A stretch of DNA of 32,000 nucleotides. It comes from an uncultured Nitrososphaerota archaeon. Its GTDB lineage: Archaea; Korarchaeota; Korarchaeia; Korarchaeales; Korarchaeaceae. Below the pieces are notes generated by a model. It worked only from the letters and a program-made list of their open reading frames with translations. It had not been told where the DNA came from and made no database searches. The stretch spans positions 1 to 32,000 of the forward strand of contig CAYZRF010000009.1 of the NCBI GenBank assembly GCA_964480775.1. The letters are read 5' to 3'. A program made the translations under genes and the position numbers. Below, piece by piece: positions 8,374 through 16,573 of this stretch (position 1 is the first letter of the stretch; each line of letters starts with the position of its first letter).

Positions 8374-11130
8374 TTAATCTCGGCGATTTGGCGTCCATCT
8401 CATCTTGAACTTTCTCTCGAACAATTTTGGATAGAGTAGCAGACCTCCTGAAGATGCACCAAGTACAATAATCCACTCTTTGAGACCTAGACTAGAAGTC
8501 TCGAAGATTATTTGTAAGAACGGAACGTAAATTACTACAAGCTGAAGGAGTAGAGATATAGTTACTGCTAAAAACAACGTTTTATTTGCTATAAGTCTTT
8601 CTTTGGAGGCGAAAATATAGCGTTCTGGCGATCTACAGTTAAAGGAGAGGAACATCTCGAAGAAGACAGCAACAGTAAAGGCTACAGTTCTTGCAAGAGA
8701 AATGTCTCCTGTTGTTTTGTATAGATAGTAGAAGGGTAGTAAAGATGCTATAGCAGCTATAATTGCAGCAACAAGTATAAATTCGAACATTCCGTGATAG
8801 ATCTCCTCTTTGGGATCCCTGGGTGGCTTTTTCATCACATCTGGATCTGGAGGATCCATCCCCAAGGCAAGTGCAGGCAACCCGTCGGTGACTAAGTTTA
8901 TCCACAAAATCTGAACTGGAAGAAAAGGAACTGGAAGCTTGGCCAAGGCTGCTATGAACACTACCCCTATCTCATCCCAATTTGCTGAAAGTAGAAGTCT
9001 TATGAACTTTCTTATGTTTCCATATATCGTTCTACCCTCTTCAATGGCTGCTACAATCGTTGAGAAGTTATCGTCTGCTAACACCATATCTGCTGCCTCT
9101 TTTGTAACATCTGAGCCCCTAATTCCCATAGCTATCCCTATATCAGCTCTCTTTACTGAAGGAGCATCATTTACGCCATCTCCAGTCATTGCTACAATGT
9201 GATCCTTTCTTTTGAGGGAGTCAACTATTCTGAGTTTGTGTTTAGGAGATACTCTAGCAAAAACAGCTACTTTCTCTATCACTTCGTCAAGTTCCTCATC
9301 GCTCATATTTTCCAGCTCTTCTCCTGTGATGACCATGGAGTCTCCTTCCTCTATTATGCCTACTTCCCTTGCTATAGCCTCAGCAGTTAGTTTGTGATCT
9401 CCTGTGACCATTATGACTTTAAGACCTGCTTGTTTAGCTAGCTTAACGGCCTCTCTTACCTCTGCTCTAGGAGGATCTATCATCCCCACAATACCTAGAA
9501 ATATCATGTCCTTCTCGACTTCTTCCCGACCATATCCATCTTCTAATGCCTTAGACGCCATTGCCAGAACTCTCATCGCCTTTTTAGCCATATTTTCAAC
9601 TCTTGAGAGGATTTCTTTCTTAATATCCTCGTTTAACTGTTCTATCTTTCCGTTTATTAGAATTCTATTACATACTTTCAGTACAGCCTCCGGTGCCCCC
9701 TTAGAATAGGCAATCAGACCCTCTGATGTCTCATGTATTGTAGTCATCATTTTCCTAGTTGAGTCGAAGGGAACCTCGTCCACTCTTGGCTCTTTCTTCT
9801 CCAAAGATTCTTTCACTAATCCTCCCTTTGCACCAAGAACCAAGAGAGCTAATTCAGTCGGATCGCCACTTATGTGAAATTCTTCCCCAATGGAAACTAA
9901 AGAAGCGTCGTTACAGAGGATTCCTGTTTTCAAAAGCAATTTAAGGTGAGGCAGGTCCTCCGGGGATATCTCGCGTGAGGAGTTTCCTTCTTTTAGTATG
10001 AATTTTCCCTCTGGTATGTATCCTTCCCCGGTAACAGTTACGTCCCTGTCACAAATCCAGACCTCTCTTACAGTCATTTCGTTCCTAGTTATAGTTCCTG
10101 TCTTGTCGCTACATATTACGGTTGCACTCCCAAGTGTTTCTACGGCTGCAAGCCTTCTCACTATGGCTTTTCTTCTTGCCATCCTCCTCATTCCCATAGC
10201 TAATGTTACAGTTACAACAGCAGGTAGACCTTCTGGGACAGCTGAAACTGCTAGGCTTATTGACGTAAGAATGGCATCTTCAAGAACTCTGAGGCTGTGC
10301 AGCCCACCATACTCGATTATCTCGGATATTGCAACTATCGCGCATAACACAAGGATAAAAAGCCCTAGTTTCTTTCCGAATCTGTCCAAACGTTCTTGAA
10401 GCGGAGTTGCTCTTTCTTCTTCCTCTTTAAGCATCTCAGCTATTTTACCAACCTCTGTTTGCATGCCAGTTGCGACAACAACACCAAGACCATGACCATA
10501 TGAAACTGTTGTAGAGGAATAGACCATGTTTTTCCTTTCTGGAAGAGGAATCTCTTCATCGAGAATGATAGAAGGGTCTTTCTCTACGGGAACTGATTCT
10601 CCTGTTAGAATAGATTCATCAACTCTTAAATTGTAGGATTCTATGAGCCTGCAGTCGGCTGGGACTTTATCGCCTACTCTTAAGACTACAATGTCGCCCG
10701 GGACAAGCTCCCTAGCCGGAACCGTTATTTCTAGACCTTCTCTTATCACTTTTGCTTTTGGAGCTGCAAGTCTCTTCAATGCTTCAAGAGATTTCTCCGC
10801 TCTATATTCTTGAAAAGTTCCCAAGACTGCGTTAAGTAGTAGTATTGTAGCAATAGCTCCTGCATCGATATAGTCCTTCATAATCAAGGAAAAAACTATG
10901 GCAAAAAGAAGAATCCCAACAAGGAAGCTCTTAAACTGAGCTAGAAATATGCTAAAGGTAGTCTTCTTCTTTTTCTCCTCTATCTCGTTGTACCCATAAA
11001 TTTGAAGCCTTTTTTTGGCTTCTTCTTTGCTTAATCCTTTTCGAGATGAATCAAGTAATCTTAAGACTTCCTCGGAGCTTAACGTGTGCCATTTTACGTT
11101 TCTGGGGTTGGAGTTATCTCTTTGATTCAT
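8374..11130 (-). CDS. P-type ATPase, type II (Ca2+/cation-transporting, SERCA/PacL-like)
   Basis: 918-aa ORF. Motifs present: TGES (actuator), VPEGLPAVVT (TM4 PEGL), CSDKTGTITRN (phosphorylation site), MVTGDH, MTGDGVNDAPS (hinge). It has an N-terminal cation-ATPase-N-like segment and 10 predicted TM helices. Confidence 0.94.
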   Translation of the reverse strand: MNQRDNSNPRNVKWHTLSSEEVLRLLDSSRKGLSKEEAKKRLQIYGYNEIEEKKKKTTFSIFLAQFKSFLVGILLFAIVFSLIMKDYIDAGAIATILLLNAVLGTFQEYRAEKSLEALKRLAAPKAKVIREGLEITVPARELVPGDIVVLRVGDKVPADCRLIESYNLRVDESILTGESVPVEKDPSIILDEEIPLPERKNMVYSSTTVSYGHGLGVVVATGMQTEVGKIAEMLKEEEERATPLQERLDRFGKKLGLFILVLCAIVAISEIIEYGGLHSLRVLEDAILTSISLAVSAVPEGLPAVVTVTLAMGMRRMARRKAIVRRLAAVETLGSATVICSDKTGTITRNEMTVREVWICDRDVTVTGEGYIPEGKFILKEGNSSREISPEDLPHLKLLLKTGILCNDASLVSIGEEFHISGDPTELALLVLGAKGGLVKESLEKKEPRVDEVPFDSTRKMMTTIHETSEGLIAYSKGAPEAVLKVCNRILINGKIEQLNEDIKKEILSRVENMAKKAMRVLAMASKALEDGYGREEVEKDMIFLGIVGMIDPPRAEVREAVKLAKQAGLKVIMVTGDHKLTAEAIAREVGIIEEGDSMVITGEELENMSDEELDEVIEKVAVFARVSPKHKLRIVDSLKRKDHIVAMTGDGVNDAPSVKRADIGIAMGIRGSDVTKEAADMVLADDNFSTIVAAIEEGRTIYGNIRKFIRLLLSANWDEIGVVFIAALAKLPVPFLPVQILWINLVTDGLPALALGMDPPDPDVMKKPPRDPKEEIYHGMFEFILVAAIIAAIASLLPFYYLYKTTGDISLARTVAFTVAVFFEMFLSFNCRSPERYIFASKERLIANKTLFLAVTISLLLQLVVIYVPFLQIIFETSSLGLKEWIIVLGASSGGLLLYPKLFERKFKMRWTPNRRD

Positions 11131-11346
11131 TTTATCACCTTAGAACTTCTCGAAGCATTATTGGAACCGCTTATTGACCCTTCCTTAGATCTATTTATTT
11201 GTGATGTTTCGGTCTAAGTCAAATTTCGTGGATAGACTACTATGTTTAAGGCGATCTAACATTTATGATGAATGGGACTTTGAGTTAAGTTAATAGCTGT
11301 TTCTTTCTTTATGAGATGATCTAATCATCAGGGCAAGGGTTGAAGG

Positions 11347-11859
11347 GTGGAATCCATTAACAGTGGAAATGAAAGGGAAAAACCAGGCGAAGTAATTAAA
11401 GATGATACAAAAAGAATAGAGAACATAGCGAGACGCCTTCTTAAGGAAACGAAGGGTTCAAAAGAAGAGATAATCAGGTGGATGCGTGAAGTTTTAGATA
11501 GAAAAGGTCTGGAAGTCTTAATAGATCTTCTTGAAGGGATGACTGACGCTTTAAGGATGTTAATACTCATAGTCAGCGGGGAAACCATCGAGTTCCTACC
11601 TACTTTGGGCGACGTCCACTATCTCAAAGTTATGACACATGAAGACGGCATGGAGAGAAAATTAGGCCCTAGAGGAGATATTGGAATATACAGTCTTCCT
11701 TTGCATGAGGGAAAGTCAAGCAAGAAGGTTGTTGGTCACATTTGCGTTGCACTTCACATTCCAACTGGAAAGGGAGTTTTGTGGCTCGTACCTAATGTAG
11801 TCTCTGCCGCAGCATCTATAGAGTCGGACTTGCTTGCTTGGAAATTTATGGAAACTTAA
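11347..11859 (+). CDS. Hypothetical protein
   Basis: 170-aa ORF with GTG start in the track; the first in-frame ATG is about 45 codons in. No motif recognised. A 6-bp hairpin (GATGAT-cta-ATCATC, 11315-11329) lies just upstream. Confidence 0.4.
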   Translation: MESINSGNEREKPGEVIKDDTKRIENIARRLLKETKGSKEEIIRWMREVLDRKGLEVLIDLLEGMTDALRMLILIVSGETIEFLPTLGDVHYLKVMTHEDGMERKLGPRGDIGIYSLPLHEGKSSKKVVGHICVALHIPTGKGVLWLVPNVVSAAASIESDLLAWKFMET

Positions 11860-11887
11860 TGGATTCAGTGAGTATTAGTTTTCAGTG

Positions 11888-12367
11888 TCAAAATTTCTCG
11901 GCAGATCCCACAGATGCTAACACAGCTACAGCGAATGCACCAACTATCCCGTCACCGTTTCCACCTAATTCGAGCAATTGGATTCCTGTTTGTTCTGACA
12001 CTTCTAAAACAAGTTTTTTAGGAATTTTCGAATTTAGGGATGCCTTTGCAAGCTTAACAGCCAAAGGAAACGCTCTATCCATAACTACCGCTAGGCCAGG
12101 ATCGCTTTCGTTCGATGAAAGATCCATCACCAGCCCACCCACAAAATCCATAGCCTCTCCTGGATCCATTCTCACCTTGATAGCGTATGCTGCATTATCG
12201 TTGTCAAACCCTATCTCTTTGAGCTTAGGAAGTTGTAATTTGAATATCTCCACGTTATATCCCTGCAAACGAAGTTGGTGTGCTATTTTGCTGGCTATAG
12301 AGCCAGTGTCCTCGGAATCTTCACCATCTAAGTCATCTAGTCCTATCCATAAGATGGGTACAGACAT
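11888..12367 (-). CDS. Hypothetical protein, last gene of the polyferredoxin-AOR transcription unit
   Basis: 159-aa ORF with ATG start, 56 nt downstream of the AOR stop on the same strand. The N-terminus is ILWIGLDDLDGEDSEDTGSIASKIA. I prefer it to the fully overlapping antisense ORF (11838-12371), which is Ser/Pro-rich and low in complexity. Confidence 0.5.
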   Translation of the reverse strand: MSVPILWIGLDDLDGEDSEDTGSIASKIAHQLRLQGYNVEIFKLQLPKLKEIGFDNDNAAYAIKVRMDPGEAMDFVGGLVMDLSSNESDPGLAVVMDRAFPLAVKLAKASLNSKIPKKLVLEVSEQTGIQLLELGGNGDGIVGAFAVAVLASVGSAEKF

Positions 12368-12423
12368 TTAAATCGCCTTTTTCCAGAGAAAAAATGAACC
12401 GTTCTTTCGAATTGTTTAGTAAT

Positions 12424-14184
12424 TTAAATGATATCCCACTCTTTCAGGGTGTTGCTGAAGTGTTTTAGACCACGTTCAAAATACTCTTCTTCAAGGATAC
12501 CATGAGGTGTGGGAACCTCCAAGATCCTTCTTGGAGCCTTTAGTTCTGTTGGATCGAACCCCATTTGAATCTTAAGGGAATATCTCTGTTTGTATATGTC
12601 TCTTCCAAGTCTATGGAGTTCTTCAGGAGGAACTGGTATGCCTAAGGGGTCTAGTGCTTCCGACACCGTCTCGACATCGTATATGCCTCTCGCAAACAGA
12701 CAAATTACTAGGCTGTTGAGAACCATTCTCCAACTCTCCTCCTTGATCAATTTTTCGACTAGCTCTTCTGGAGGTGGAAGCTCACTGATTTTTTGATCAA
12801 GGGAGTATCCAGCATTGTCAAGATGACTATGCCTGCCTCCGACAAGAAAGCCGAGGTAAGCTGCGGGTCCTGTGTGATATCCGGGCATTTCATTCCCACC
12901 GAAGAAAAGTGCAAATTCCTCTCCTCCAAAACGTTTAGATGCATTCCTAACTCCTAAAGCCAACTCTCTATAGAACTCGTTTGGCTGTTCTACGACCATT
13001 TTTACGGCCTTAATATATGACTCATAGTTGCCCCATTTTAGTCTAAGGAGAGTTTTTCTCTCGGAAATCAGCCCCCTTTCAAGGGCTTCTGTAGCCCAAG
13101 CAAGGCAAACACCAGTGCTTATGGCGTCTAATCCAACTGACTCGACAAAATGCAGAAGCTTCAAGAAGTCCTCTCTATTTCCTATGCCTAACATGCTGCC
13201 CAGGGCGTATGCCAGCTCATAGTCATACGAGATGAATACAGTCTTGTAGAAGAAGGGTTCATGTGGGTAGGGTTCCCTTAACGCTGCAAGATGAATGCAC
13301 GCAACTGGGCATCCTGAACAAGCAATTCTTCTTCCTAAAACCTTTGAAGCCATCTCTTCTCCGCTTATGTTCTCAGCCTGCTCAAATCTGCCTGATTTAA
13401 GGTTCATAGTTGGTAAGGCACCAAGCTCATTTAACGGCAAGACATTCATCGTGGTTCCTAGTTCGTGGTACTTTTTCATCAACCCAGATCTAACGGCTTT
13501 CTCGAAGATCTTATCGTAAACTTTCCTGTAAGCAACCTTATCTTCTACCTTTAAGGCCTTCCTTCCCGAGATAACGATGGCCTTTAGTTTTTTAGAACCA
13601 AACACGGCTCCCAAGCCTAGTCTTCCGAAATGTCTGAAAGATTCTACCATTACTGATGCGTACCTAACCAGCTTTTCTCCTGCGGGACCTATCCTAAGAA
13701 TGCTTCTGTAACCCGCACTTGGCTCCCTTTCAGCAATCACTCTTCCAACTGTAAAACTGCTTGTCATTCCCCACAATGCACTTGCGTCCCTGAAGTGAAC
13801 CCTGTCCTCGTGAATTGCTAAGTATATGGGAGTTTCGCTAGCCCCTCTTATTACAATAGCCATGTAGCCTGCAAGCTTGATCGAAACGCTACTCCTTCCA
13901 CCCGCATACGATTCGCCTAAGTTCCCAGTAAGAGGACTTTTGAAGAGGGCAACAGTCTTGGATCCAAGAGGATACGCTGCATTGAAGGGGCCTACTGCGA
14001 GTATTATGGAATTCTCTGGACTCAAAGGATCGACTGACGTCATGTTCTCTTCTTTCAGTAGTTGAATTCCTAAACCGATCCCTCCAAGCCATTCCTCTAC
14101 TAAGTCATCTCTCTCTTCGACCCAGCTCGTTCTTCTGTTTAGATCTATGTACAGAACTTTTGAGAAAGGCTTCGGTTCGTACAT
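12424..14184 (-). CDS. Aldehyde:ferredoxin oxidoreductase family enzyme (tungstopterin, AOR/FOR-like)
   Basis: 586-aa ORF. The N-terminal AFOR_N pattern is LGGIGLGIQLL...DPLSPENSIILAVGPF...FKSPLTG...GG. The [4Fe-4S] motif is ACSGCPVACIH and the pterin-binding block is GLDAISTGVCLAWA. The ATG follows the upstream stop directly (TGAATG) and is preceded by GAGGAGGTGA. Confidence 0.92.
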   Translation of the reverse strand: MYEPKPFSKVLYIDLNRRTSWVEERDDLVEEWLGGIGLGIQLLKEENMTSVDPLSPENSIILAVGPFNAAYPLGSKTVALFKSPLTGNLGESYAGGRSSVSIKLAGYMAIVIRGASETPIYLAIHEDRVHFRDASALWGMTSSFTVGRVIAEREPSAGYRSILRIGPAGEKLVRYASVMVESFRHFGRLGLGAVFGSKKLKAIVISGRKALKVEDKVAYRKVYDKIFEKAVRSGLMKKYHELGTTMNVLPLNELGALPTMNLKSGRFEQAENISGEEMASKVLGRRIACSGCPVACIHLAALREPYPHEPFFYKTVFISYDYELAYALGSMLGIGNREDFLKLLHFVESVGLDAISTGVCLAWATEALERGLISERKTLLRLKWGNYESYIKAVKMVVEQPNEFYRELALGVRNASKRFGGEEFALFFGGNEMPGYHTGPAAYLGFLVGGRHSHLDNAGYSLDQKISELPPPEELVEKLIKEESWRMVLNSLVICLFARGIYDVETVSEALDPLGIPVPPEELHRLGRDIYKQRYSLKIQMGFDPTELKAPRRILEVPTPHGILEEEYFERGLKHFSNTLKEWDII

Positions 14185-14619
14185 TCATCTCACCTCCTCA
14201 AGAGCTATCACATTGTAAGGGCAGTAGTTCGCGCAATAGCCACAGTACACGCAGATTATGGGCTTGTTTACCTCTTCATCCCAGAAGATTGCTCCAAAGG
14301 GACATGCTTCAACACAATAACCGCAAGCTATGCATTTTTCGGGCTTAAGGATGACGCCTCCCCCTTTTCTAGGCACGAGAGCATCTTCAGGACATACTTT
14401 TGCACATGGAGGCTCTGAGCAGGCTCTGCAAACCACTACGATAAAGCCTTTCTCCATGCCTCCGGCACTTTTAACGTGTATCGCTGACTTTCCATAACCA
14501 ACTTCAGCGAATCTTCTAGTGCAGGCAAGCATACATGAAGCGCAGCCTACGCATAAATCAGAATCTAGAACTGAGAGGCGTTTCGTCAAATATATCCCAA
14601 GTTTGATGTAAATCCTCAC
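14185..14619 (-). CDS. Polyferredoxin-type iron-sulfur protein (four 4Fe-4S cluster motifs), putative electron-transfer subunit of the AOR-family enzyme
   Basis: 144-aa ORF with Cys clusters CVGCASCMLAC, CRACSEPPCAKVCP, CIACGYCVEACP and CVYCGYCANYCP. Its stop abuts the AOR start. The track start is GTG at 14619; the TTG 10 codons downstream (MTKRLSVLD...) is an alternative. Confidence 0.88.
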   Translation of the reverse strand: MRIYIKLGIYLTKRLSVLDSDLCVGCASCMLACTRRFAEVGYGKSAIHVKSAGGMEKGFIVVVCRACSEPPCAKVCPEDALVPRKGGGVILKPEKCIACGYCVEACPFGAIFWDEEVNKPIICVYCGYCANYCPYNVIALEEVR

Positions 14620-14760
14620 TCAAAAACACATCTTTTACATTTGAAAAATAGTGGATTGCTTTCCTCCAGAAAATTAAGATATTATGTGCTGGAAAGGTTC
14701 CAGTCAGACAACTAAGGATCCTTTTAACAAACAATTGAGGACAGATTAAACGAGGAATCC

Positions 14761-14776
14761 TTTTTATTGAAAATTA
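14761..14776 (+). promoter_or_regulatory. Candidate TATA box for tpiA (leaderless-type spacing)
   Basis: TTTTTATTGAAAATTA is centred about 26 nt upstream of the tpiA ATG at 14792, with no GGAGG box in between. The same spacing recurs at three other first genes in the window. Confidence 0.35.
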
Positions 14777-14791
14777 ACGAGTTTTGTTGGA

Positions 14792-15496
14792 ATGAGAGAT
14801 AGACTTCCCGTAATTCTAGTGAACCTGAAGCTTTACGAACAGTCTATAGGTCAGAAAGCTTTTGAAATAGGCAAAGCGGCAGAGTCAGTTTGGAAGGAGA
14901 GTGGAGTTCTTATAGGGATTGCACCCAATGCTTTGGACGCCGCTACGCTAGCAGAGAAGCTGGAAATTCCAATTTTCGTTCAACACGTTGATTCTACCCC
15001 TTTTGGGGCTTTTACTGGTCATATAAGCCCACTACAACTTAAAAAATACGGAATAGCTGGAAGCCTATTGAATCACAGCGAAAAAAGGCTGAAATTAAGT
15101 GATATCTCTTGGATTAACCAAAAACTGGTGGAAGAAGGCTTAATTTCCATAATATGCGCCTCTACACCAAAAGAAACTCTCTCAGTCGCTCTACTGCAGC
15201 CTACTTCTGTTGCTATAGAGCCTCCAGAACTTATTGGAACTGGAATCCCGGTATCCAAGGCAAGACCAGAGACTGTAACCGAAACCTTAGATTTAGTTAG
15301 GTCGTTCGCTCCTGACGTCAAAGTATTGTGCGGTGCGGGTATTTCTACAGGAGAAGACGTTGAGAAGGCAATTAAGCTTGGAACAGACGGTGTCCTTCTT
15401 GCTTCTGCTGTGGCAAAACACCCAAATCCAAGGAAAAAGTTGATGGAGCTAGCTAATGGGGCTCTGAAGGCTTCAGATGCATGCTCTAAAAGGTAA
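14792..15496 (+). CDS. tpiA: Triosephosphate isomerase, archaeal short form
   Basis: 234-aa ORF with ATG start. Blocks present: VILVNLKLY (catalytic Lys region), LLNHSEKR (His), VAIEPPELIGTG (catalytic Glu, archaeal signature), VLCGAGIS, GVLLASAV. Confidence 0.93.
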   Translation: MRDRLPVILVNLKLYEQSIGQKAFEIGKAAESVWKESGVLIGIAPNALDAATLAEKLEIPIFVQHVDSTPFGAFTGHISPLQLKKYGIAGSLLNHSEKRLKLSDISWINQKLVEEGLISIICASTPKETLSVALLQPTSVAIEPPELIGTGIPVSKARPETVTETLDLVRSFAPDVKVLCGAGISTGEDVEKAIKLGTDGVLLASAVAKHPNPRKKLMELANGALKASDACSKR

Positions 15497-15578
15497 GTAT
15501 CTGCTACTGCTATTTCAGCATAAACAGATCATATCATGATACCATCGCCCTATACGTGTTTATCTTCAATATTCCATT

Positions 15579-16553
15579 CTAGAAAGACCTCGCTGCTTTC
15601 ATAAACGCGTGTATATTCTCCAGAGGTGCAAAATAGGGGACATCGCATCCTGTGCTTACTATTAAGTTTCTGAAATCAGACATTCGTTTCAACATGTCTC
15701 CAACTTCCGTCTCTACCACGCCTTGTGGTCTTGTAGCCAACTTCATAGGAGAGTAATTTCCGAACAGAATTACAGCTTCAGGAACTTTTTCGGCAGCAAC
15801 TCTAAGATCTATATTGTCATCAAAGCTCAGAATGTGCGCTCCTGTCTCTACCATATCTAAAAGCAGGTGATTTGCCCTGCCACATATGTGTAGAGCCCAA
15901 GTGGGCCCTACTTTCTCGATTATCCTCGAAATGTAGGGCTTGGAGAACCTTCTGAAGTCTTCATTTGAGATGGAACTTGACATGGGTTCTGCCAAGACCA
16001 AAAGGTCTGTGATGGGAGCTAGTTCCCTTGCATAGCTCAGAATAACATCTGTTGAAAAGGACATGATTTCATCCAAGAGATCGGGTTTTTTCCTAACCAT
16101 TCTCATCAATCTACCGAATCCAACAAGCTGGCCAGCAAGGGTAAAAGGTCCTGACACGTAGAACCCGACAAACGCGTTTCTTCTAAGTTTTTGCATTAGT
16201 TCAGCTGTTCTAATCATGAGAGGGAGCCTTCCGCTAGTTTTCGGATTGGGAACCTCTAATCCCTCAAGATCGGCGCTTGACTCTAGCTTCAAGTGCTCGA
16301 CCACAGTAGGGGCGCTGTTTTCCTTCATGGAAACTTTTACGCCAACTGATTCGGCTTCTACAGTTAGGTCCATGAGTGGAAATACTATATCAAGACCGAA
16401 TTCCTCAAAAGAAGCTTTCATAAGCTTCATATGGAGCTCTGGCTCTCCAAGACATTCGTTTGCCTTTCCATTTATTAACTTAAGGCTTGGATAAGCTACC
16501 AGCGGTGCTACTAACAACTTCTCGCCCGATAGGACCCGATCTACTATATCCAT
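15579..16553 (-). CDS. URO-D-family methylcobamide methyltransferase (MtaA/MtbA-like MT2)
   Basis: 324-aa ORF. It has the MtaA-like block FPLMDLTVEAESVGV and zinc ligands H222-x-C224 (ALHICGR) and C303 (STGCDVP). The ATG is preceded by CAGGAGGAGG, 20 nt after the upstream gene's stop. Confidence 0.82.
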   Translation of the reverse strand: MDIVDRVLSGEKLLVAPLVAYPSLKLINGKANECLGEPELHMKLMKASFEEFGLDIVFPLMDLTVEAESVGVKVSMKENSAPTVVEHLKLESSADLEGLEVPNPKTSGRLPLMIRTAELMQKLRRNAFVGFYVSGPFTLAGQLVGFGRLMRMVRKKPDLLDEIMSFSTDVILSYARELAPITDLLVLAEPMSSSISNEDFRRFSKPYISRIIEKVGPTWALHICGRANHLLLDMVETGAHILSFDDNIDLRVAAEKVPEAVILFGNYSPMKLATRPQGVVETEVGDMLKRMSDFRNLIVSTGCDVPYFAPLENIHAFMKAARSF

Positions 16554-16573
16554 GAAGCCTCCTCCTGATTAGA

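Noticed and set aside
8939-10399. Series of 61-133-aa plus-strand ORFs inside the P-type ATPase locus
   Set aside because: All are antisense to an ORF containing every P-type ATPase motif. They are Ser/Ile/Pro-rich shadow frames typical of antisense translation.
11265-11335. Possible C/D-box sRNA (ATGATGA at 11265-11271) and a GATGAT-cta-ATCATC hairpin (11315-11329)
   Set aside because: No properly spaced CTGA D box or C'/D' pair exists on either strand. The hairpin has only a 6-bp stem. This is not enough for an RNA-gene call.
11838-12371. 177-aa plus-strand ORF
   Set aside because: Its composition is low-complexity Ser/Pro/Thr-rich, and it fully overlaps a better-looking reverse-strand ORF that continues the AOR transcription unit. 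I kept only the reverse-strand call, at modest confidence.
12424-14184. Idea that the AOR-family enzyme next to tpiA is GAPOR (glyceraldehyde-3-phosphate:ferredoxin oxidoreductase)
   Set aside because: The N-terminal blocks look like the AOR/FOR type rather than what I recall of GAPOR. Its length is shorter than typical GAPOR, and it has a dedicated Fe-S partner. Adjacency to tpiA alone is not evidence.
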